DNA of 58,899 bases, filler included, from Gonapodya sp. JEL0774 (taxonomy: Eukaryota): the NCBI GenBank assembly GCA_027604505.1. It is 3 parts of 3 records of this genome, joined end to end, with 100 filler letters (N's around TTAATTAATTAA, not from the genome) between each part and the next. Parts side by side here need not be neighbours in the genome. Positions count along the whole stretch, not along the records: positions 39,387 to 58,899 come from JADIIX010000253.1; 2 more parts are not named here. The stretch is one strand, 5' to 3'. Shown here piece by piece: positions 52,251 through 58,899 of the stretch. The notes beneath the pieces were generated by a model. That model was given only the letters and a program-made list of their open reading frames with translations. It was not told the DNA's origin and ran no database searches. Positions within the stretch are counted from its first letter, which is position 1. Each line of letters begins with the position of its first letter. Position numbers and translations under genes: made by a program.

Positions 52251-54407
52251 ATGACTCTACCACAACTTGGCACAAGAAGGAGCGTGAGTTGCACTTTCAG
52301 TCGCCAACTGAGCACCTGCCCAACTCCTACATCATTGATTGTTGACCGGAAGAACTTGCGTGTTGGTGTTTGCATAAACCCACCTCGCTGTCAACGGGCT
52401 TGTGCGCCCCCCCCCCCCCGGTGTTTTCTTGGTGCATGCTCTCACCTCACCGCAACGGGTTCCTCACCTTTGCATCTTTGTCTCTCTGTATCATCATCGA
52501 TCCATCACACTGCAGTCCAGGTTGCTTCGGAGAGCCGAGCCGGGTTCAGGGCAAGAAGGTGGGCGAAATCAAGCCAATCAAGAGCAAGTAAGTTTTCATG
52601 GACTCACCATGATTCTCTGCATGCACAATGAGCGCATGTTTGATGCAAGAACCACATGTGGTCTCATATTCATTGTTATATTTTTCTTCCTTTCGTTTGT
52701 GTGTGGTAGGCCCCCGAAGTATCGGCAGTACCACCCTCCCCCTCTCGTCCTCCTCAAGTTCCCTCCACACCACCTCCATTGTCTTTTGCGCAAGACCTCA
52801 ATCGGACACCACCCTCAACTGTGCCAAATGTAGTAACAGCTGGGCAAGGGGAACCCATCGTGGTCTACTCCTCTCCTCTGACACAACCATTTGGGATGGA
52901 CGATCCGTGGGACATGCGATCAACACCTCATTCTCAGGTATCTACTGTCTTTGGCGCCGGGAATGCCGGCAGTCCTTCTCCAGCGAGGCAAGGCGTTGTA
53001 GTTTGTGAGTTTGAGTGTTTCTGTTGCCTTACCTTACCTCTTGCTCATTGCACACTCTCTCCTCTCATGACACCATCTCTTTGTGGTTGATCTGCTGCTT
53101 TTTCTGCGCGTTTTGTGATTCCAGTAGGCCCTGGTGCATCCCTTCATAGCGGTGGAACACCTGGACATTACCCAAGTCTCGCAGGCTGGAACTCGAACAG
53201 TTCCCCGCGTTCTCCAGATCCACACTGGATTGGGGATCCACCAAGTCCCAACTTTGCACTTAGACCCCTCCCAAGAGAGCGTCGGGGACAGGCATTGCCC
53301 CCATTTTATATTTCAGGGGATACAGCAGTAGCTGTTGACCCTGCCAGCCTCGAGACTGCCACTACTCTTCAGGCTTACCTTGCTCAAGGTTCGTGTTGTG
53401 CCCCCCCAACCCTGTGTCTTGATAGAGGTCGTTATTTTGTGGATGTGGGACCGTTGTCCGACTTATGTCTTTTTTTGCTTTCCTTTCGGTTCTAAGTTTG
53501 ATTGTTGCATTGCTTGCTTTGGTTCCAGTACGCCGCCCTCGATCTGAATCACCCTCTACTCAGTTGAACAATTCCAATATCAGGGCGTTCGTCGCCTCGT
53601 CGCTGTTTGGAAGCGCATCCGCGCTTGCTTCCTCTTCTCAAACTTCCAGCAGCAGCAGCAGCAGCTCCTCCACATATGATACTGTCGAGGGGGAAGGAAA
53701 GAGGTTCGATTTCAGGTTTCCGTCTGGTGTGCAGGTGAGTGTGGAGATCCATAAAGAATCAATGTCTGGTGTTGACCTGTGTTACCGGGGCGAACCAGAC
53801 TGACAAACCCTTGGTTTCGCCAGGAGCTCTTCCGAAACGGTCTCCGTTACGGGCAACGTGTCGGCATCCTTATAGAACGTATATCTGATCACAGTGTGGA
53901 CCCAATCACGGGCAAGTACACCTATATCCGGGGGGACGGGCTGCCTTTGGTGGTGGGGAACCCCCCCGGTATCTCGTCTTCGCAGGAATCAGATGCTTTG
54001 ACCCATGTACAAGACATGTTGGACCCATCTTGTCCCGCAGGACAAGTGGAATGGGCGATGCAGAAAGACGGCTGGGAGGGGTGGACCGCGATGGTCCAGT
54101 ACATTGGAACAACCAATTTCCAAGGCAACCTGTGAGTAATTAGTCTACTTCCCTTGAGAGGGATTCTGTGGACGTTTTTACTTGCTCCTCTGAATAATCT
54201 CTTGGATTTGCTTTGGCTCTGTTGGTTGGAACCCACATCACTTCTTTGTGGTGGCGCCCACCTACCGCACCTACATATCCCAGAAACACGCCTGTCTACC
54301 GCACATTGAGTACGCACGCAACGGGACACCACCAATACGCCTTGATCTGCATTACTGAGGAGACCAGTAGTGACGAGATTGATGGTGGTGCTGTGACTAC
54401 TTCTTAG
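52251..54407 (+). CDS. Putative multi-exon gene of unknown function (S/P-rich N-terminus, globular-looking C-terminus)
   Basis: Run of short open segments bounded by GTGAGT/GTAAGT donors (~52284, 52587, 53005, 53734, 54132) and YAG acceptors. ..FRFPSGVQ|ELFRNGLRYG.. joins in phase 0. No family recognised. Confidence 0.5.
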
Positions 54408-55130
54408 TCAGGAGGGCGACGAATGGAAAGGTAAGACTCTAGTGCTTCGGCACTCCCCTCGTCAGTTCATGGTCTGCTTGAATTTTTTTTGTTCTCACGT
54501 GTTGCCACTTGATGCTTCATCACAGCCGAGCTCACGATGGATTGTGCTCCATCTCTTTATCTTGTCTGAAGGGGTGGTGGATATCGGCTCTTTGTTGCTC
54601 CCCCCACTCCCCCTCCTAGTTGAATCTGTCAAATTCTGTTGTGTATTTGTGGAGTCATCCACTATCCAAGCTGCTGTCTGCTCTCCTATACTTGTGACTT
54701 AAACCACCCCTTCCTTCCCTTATGGTGTGAACCAGTTCGAGTGTTGTCTGCTGGGAAGGAAAACCCATTTCATTGGCACCTCTCCTGAAAGTTCGTTGTA
54801 GTTTGTAGTGCATTAACAAAGACCTCAATGTTTATTCCAATCAATCAAGTCACAGAAGAATGACAAACCAGCCGTCATGATGAAGGCGCCTGCCACAGAG
54901 GTTGGACTACAGCATGAAGAGGTTGCTCACATAGTACTTTAGAGGGCCGCTTCTCTCAACAAACTCTTGCTGGACTCTCTCTCTACGCTAAGCAGGAATA
55001 ACCCCCTAAGTATATTACAACCAATCTTTGGAGTCATTACACACCATAGCATGTTAGGCCTGCCTGGCACATCGCAAATTGCCCCACTCACTCACTCCTG
55101 TTATATGAATACACCATTTACAACTCCAAC

Positions 55131-56102
55131 CTACTTCCACACAAACTGCCTGGCCAGCCTTTTCGGGATCTGGGGGTCTGTTTGGGAAGGATTCGAGCGT
55201 GGTGCTTGCCAAACAAAGGTGGTGTCGGCCCAGAGTCCCTCGTAGTCTTTGTCCTGGCTCTCGAGGTAGGCGTGCAAACGTAGATTGAGCGGTGCTGTAT
55301 CTGGCAACCTGGCACCTGCGTGGACTATGTCTCTGAACAAGAAAGCATCACCAGGACGCATCTTCAGGACCCTTGGGGTGAATGTGGTGCTGTGAATGTC
55401 TGGGTCGGTGCACACAGTGGGATTGTCAGTGCACCACTCTCTCACGTGCGTAGCTGTGGAGGTACTCATAGTTTCGGCCCAATGAGCCACAAGCCGCTGA
55501 GACCCAGGCCAGACTACAATCTCTGTGAGGCTGTCATATTGGCAGCCAAATTGAGTGGCAATAACGACTGAGAGGGGTATTTTTGACATGTCTGTGTTGG
55601 GGCGACAGTACCACGAATGCGCATCCACAAAGTCCATGTGTCCAAGCTGCTGGTTGGCTCCACGTTTAGACACAAGAACGTATGTGCCCCCAAATCTGTG
55701 TGTCCTTCCAAAGCCAAGGTGGTCCAAAGTCTCCAGAAGCTTGAGAAACGGAGGGCTCACTGCCGAGAATGGTATCTGCATGCGAAGTCCGTCGTCGGCG
55801 TGACTCTCTGACTTGTTTCGACGTCCTACATGCCTCACATCATTATTGAAGATGTTGTATGCCGATTGTAGGTCAGCGAGCATGGGTATTGTCCTCATAG
55901 ATTCGATGGGGATGGCACCGAGAAGAACACAGAAACCGTCATGGGCGATGGCCGCCCGAACTCTCGTAGGTGCGTCCTCATGGCCCCAAACATCGACAAC
56001 TGGACTCTCCGTGTCCCCCGTCATTGTGCGGTAGGCCGATTCTTTGTCCCGTGCAACATGCCCGGTTCCACTTGATGACGAGCCCAGCAATGCGACAGGC
56101 AT
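55131..56102 (-). CDS. 2-oxoglutarate/Fe(II)-dependent dioxygenase, PhyH-like
   Basis: DGFCVL N-terminal strand, Q..HMDF (HxD), VWPGS, RPGDAFLF..IVHAGA (distal His), NLRLH (2OG-binding Arg). Confidence 0.82.
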   Translation of the reverse strand: MPVALLGSSSSGTGHVARDKESAYRTMTGDTESPVVDVWGHEDAPTRVRAAIAHDGFCVLLGAIPIESMRTIPMLADLQSAYNIFNNDVRHVGRRNKSESHADDGLRMQIPFSAVSPPFLKLLETLDHLGFGRTHRFGGTYVLVSKRGANQQLGHMDFVDAHSWYCRPNTDMSKIPLSVVIATQFGCQYDSLTEIVVWPGSQRLVAHWAETMSTSTATHVREWCTDNPTVCTDPDIHSTTFTPRVLKMRPGDAFLFRDIVHAGARLPDTAPLNLRLHAYLESQDKDYEGLWADTTFVWQAPRSNPSQTDPQIPKRLARQFVWK

Positions 56103-56202
56103 GGGAGTTTTATGAGGAGTGTGAGTGGATAGGACAAGTGTGCGGTTTGACGACGGGGTACTTGTCTGGAGAGGTCCGCCTCTGTGTGCGGGATGGAATG
56201 GG

Positions 56203-56272
56203 GAGGTTTGCTGTGGTCAAAAAACCCGGACATAAGGCCTTATGTCCGGGTTTTTTGACCACAGCAAACCTC
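56203..56272. repeat. Perfect 70-bp palindrome with no spacer (35-bp arms, centre AAGG|CCTT)
   Basis: gaggtttgctgtggtcaaaaaacccggacataagg|ccttatgtccgggttttttgaccacagcaaacctc. ORFs on both strands begin with the same MSGFFDHSKP. Confidence 0.98.
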
Positions 56273-56349
56273 AAGACCGGTCATCGTGTCTCCGTGTCTC
56301 CGCCCTCCTAACCTTTTGTTTACCAATCACATTTCGCCATTTTCTCCCC

Positions 56350-58662
56350 ATGTCTGAACCAATTTCTGCTCATACTAGCGCTGAACCTTTAACCAGCGAC
56401 GGTGATGGACGCAGTGCGACCTTGGTCCCCGTGGTCCTTTACCCCAACTCGTTTGAACTGGAAGACGAATCCACGTTACGAGCGTTTGCTCAATGGCACA
56501 TCGGACATCCGACTGAGACACAGTCACTCTCACCCGATTTCTTGGCGAGCCAGGTGGTTGAGGCAGCCACACAGCGACTGGAAATGCTGGAGAGAATGCA
56601 GGAAGCGGCGCGGAGAGCGGACGTTATCAACCGAAACGCCGTTGAGACAGCTGGATTTCTAGCTCTTTATCTGAAAGCTAAGGCAGACAGGGACATGGGA
56701 ACGTTGACGGGATCTGACGATCTTTATCAACGATGGATTCGCGAGTGGAACCATGCTTACCCAGCTTTGAAGGTGTTCCCTCGTGCCGCAGAGTCCAAGT
56801 TCACTAAGCAAATGTTCGAAAACGCAGCCCGCAACTTTTTCTTCCCTCTGGGGACGTCTGACGTGCTTGATAAGCTTGTGTTTCCTGCGGGATCAGAACA
56901 GTCCGCTCAATCTGGTCGTAGGGGTCCACCAGCCACCGCCGAGACAATCGCTTTCAGAACAGTCATCGTCAGGGTTATGGACACTGTCGTGGCATATGCG
57001 TTGTCTGGCGGCACTTTTGGGTCGGGAGGATCTGACAGCTCAGATGGGCACCCTGGTTCAGATGGTGCTGATTGTCCTGAACCATCCAAGACGCTCATGG
57101 GTCGAATACAGATGGCCTTTAAGCTTGCTGCTCAAATCTTATTCGGCCGTGCGCCAGTGTTTGAAGTTTCCCGTCTTCACCGGGTTCTCTTTCAGAGGCC
57201 GAATCGACGACCTGGTGTGGCTGGCAGACTGGCCATGTACGGATTTTTGGAGACCCCTTCGACAGGTGGTTCAGCAGAGTGTGGTAAGTTATACTCTGTT
57301 GGTCTGCGTGTCGGGGTCTTGGCTCAAACCCCTACTTGTGTTGCCCTCCCTCCTTTGCCTAATGTATGTCGGGCAAAGCTCGGGAGGACAGTGGGCAGGC
57401 TCTTCAAGATGGCGTGGAAAACAGAGAAGAAAACTCTTGTCTTGATTCCAACGACGTCAGCCAGGGCTTGGATGAGGAGGACTCAGATGAAGGAGAGAGG
57501 ACAGGGGAATCTTGGTCCCAGATGTACCAAGATGCGTCACTGTTGAAAGTGCGCCTTCGTCCCGGTGGAGGTCAAGTAAAGCGTTCAGCGCTATATGAAG
57601 AAGGAATAGAATTGAATCCCAGCAAGAAGGCTAGGGTTACTAAAGTGAGTCGGTCTCTGTGGTGATGTGTTTGGTAGAGTAGTAGACTAGCGGTGTGCCC
57701 TCCGCCGGCCTCTGGTGGTGTATCTTTGTGTTTTTATTGCGAAGGCTCACTCCACTTTTTCTTCTTCCTTCCTTCTAGACCTCTCCACCTCCTTTCTGTG
57801 ATGGTACTGCCGCCGACTCGCACAACCTACCATCCGAGAAAGGGAAGGAATCGTCTCGCCACGGCCGATCAGCCCAGGACAATTTAGAATCGGAGTCCAT
57901 TGTTTCGAATTTAAGGAAAGAGGCTGATATGCCGGGTATGTGTTATGGTTCGTGACTTGATGGTCATGGTGTCCGTCAGTCAGCAGCAGCTGTCTGTCAT
58001 CAAGATTTGTGTTTTTGTGCTGATGTCGCATTGTGTAGATGATCTAGATTCTGAGTACCAACCAGGACCACGCAGACCCGACCATGCTGCCAAGACTGTT
58101 GCTACCCAGCCGGCAAGCGACTGTATCAACCACTCTCTCGAACCCACTTGTACAGCAGCTGATGGTGGTAGCGAGGCAGGTGGGAGTGGTGTCATCAAGG
58201 ACAGGGTTAGCAAAGCCAATGAGGGTTCCAGTGGGTCAGGAACAGGAGGAGGTGGTGGTTCCGCTGAATCCCACCGCCGTGGCAGAGGGACGTCACGGGC
58301 ACATCAGGGTGGGCGTGGCGGCGGCAGCATAGTATTAGTGAGAGACGATGCCAAACCACGCACTCGGAGTGGGTCCCAGAAACGGGGAGCCAAGAGCACG
58401 GTGAGTGAACCCGTGACCATGAATCTCCTGAGGAGCTGAGCGGATGATGATGTACATATTTGTGTCTGCTTCTTCCCTCCTGACCATCTCCCTTCTCTTT
58501 TTCTATACTCAGAACCGTACTAGCACTCTCCCCGAGGAGTTTACCACCCATCAGGGAACCTATTCTTTGCAACTCCAGACTTTCGGTGACATCTCGCACC
58601 TTAACCGGATCTGGAATCGATTTAGAAGCGAGTATGAGGTGGGCAACCTCGATGAGAAGTAA
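56350..58662 (+). CDS. Putative multi-exon gene of unknown function, divergent from the dioxygenase; may extend past the window
   Basis: About 310 open codons from MSEPISAH, with a helical segment (QRLEMLERMQEAARRAD). Donors at ~57284, 57645 and 58401. Later exons are acidic, Gly-rich or basic. Confidence 0.55.
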
Positions 58663-58899
58663 GTTGTTAAAAGAGTGCTGGTGGGGGCCAGTGTGACCTC
58701 GAGTGTACCCTGGTTCTATAAGTGCGTGTTGAATAAGCACGTAGCTGGTTGAAGCATGCTGACACCCGCACCCACTTTGGTTCAACTCGCTTCCTTCCTC
58801 TCTTAGGCTGAATTTGGCCCATGAGCAATCTGGACACTCTTTGGACTGGTTCTATCTTTGTCTCTTGACCAAGTTCTGCGCTGCCGACCGGGACATTAC

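Larger units (their letters stand above)
42900..58899. mobile_element. Putative large YR/helicase-encoding mobile element with accessory genes; boundaries unresolved, probably runs past the window end
   Basis: Recognisable host genes stop at 42370. After that come only the YR-helicase gene, orphan spliced genes, a dioxygenase and a perfect palindrome. Termini and target-site duplication not identified. Confidence 0.5.

Noticed and set aside
56242..56349. ORF start at 56242 inside the palindrome
   Set aside because: The mirror ATGs at 56233 and 56242 are a by-product of the symmetry; the ATG at 56350 is the more plausible start.

Overview
Intron-rich eukaryotic DNA, clearly fungal. The gene families suggest an early-diverging chytrid-like fungus, possibly Gonapodya (inference only). 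It is a scaffold with two N-gaps, each carrying a TTAATTAATTAA linker. There are three zones. (1) 1-19.6 kb is a degenerate tandem array of three related 6-7 kb units. These carry a shared ankyrin-like module fused to different outputs (TKL-type kinase; coiled-coil+SH3) and a decayed DIRS/Ngaro-type tyrosine recombinase. (2) 19.7-42.4 kb holds ordinary genes: a fold-IV aminotransferase fragment, a GPI-type surface protein, ARL1, mitochondrial L19, a Myb-like gene, SNF8, a WOPR/Gti1-Pac2 factor and the 5' half of GFA1, interleaved with five F-box/LRR genes. (3) ~43 kb to the window end is the standout and probably a large mobile element. One multi-exon gene reconstructs as C2H2 fingers + DUF3505-like + a tyrosine-recombinase-like domain (R-K-R-H-Y residues) + RecQ-like helicase + Zn knuckles, a telomere-linked-helicase-type protein with no telomere repeats in this window. 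It is followed by unknown spliced genes, a 2OG-Fe(II) dioxygenase and a perfect, spacer-less 70-bp palindrome (56203-56272). All domain calls come from reading motifs by eye; no searches were run.
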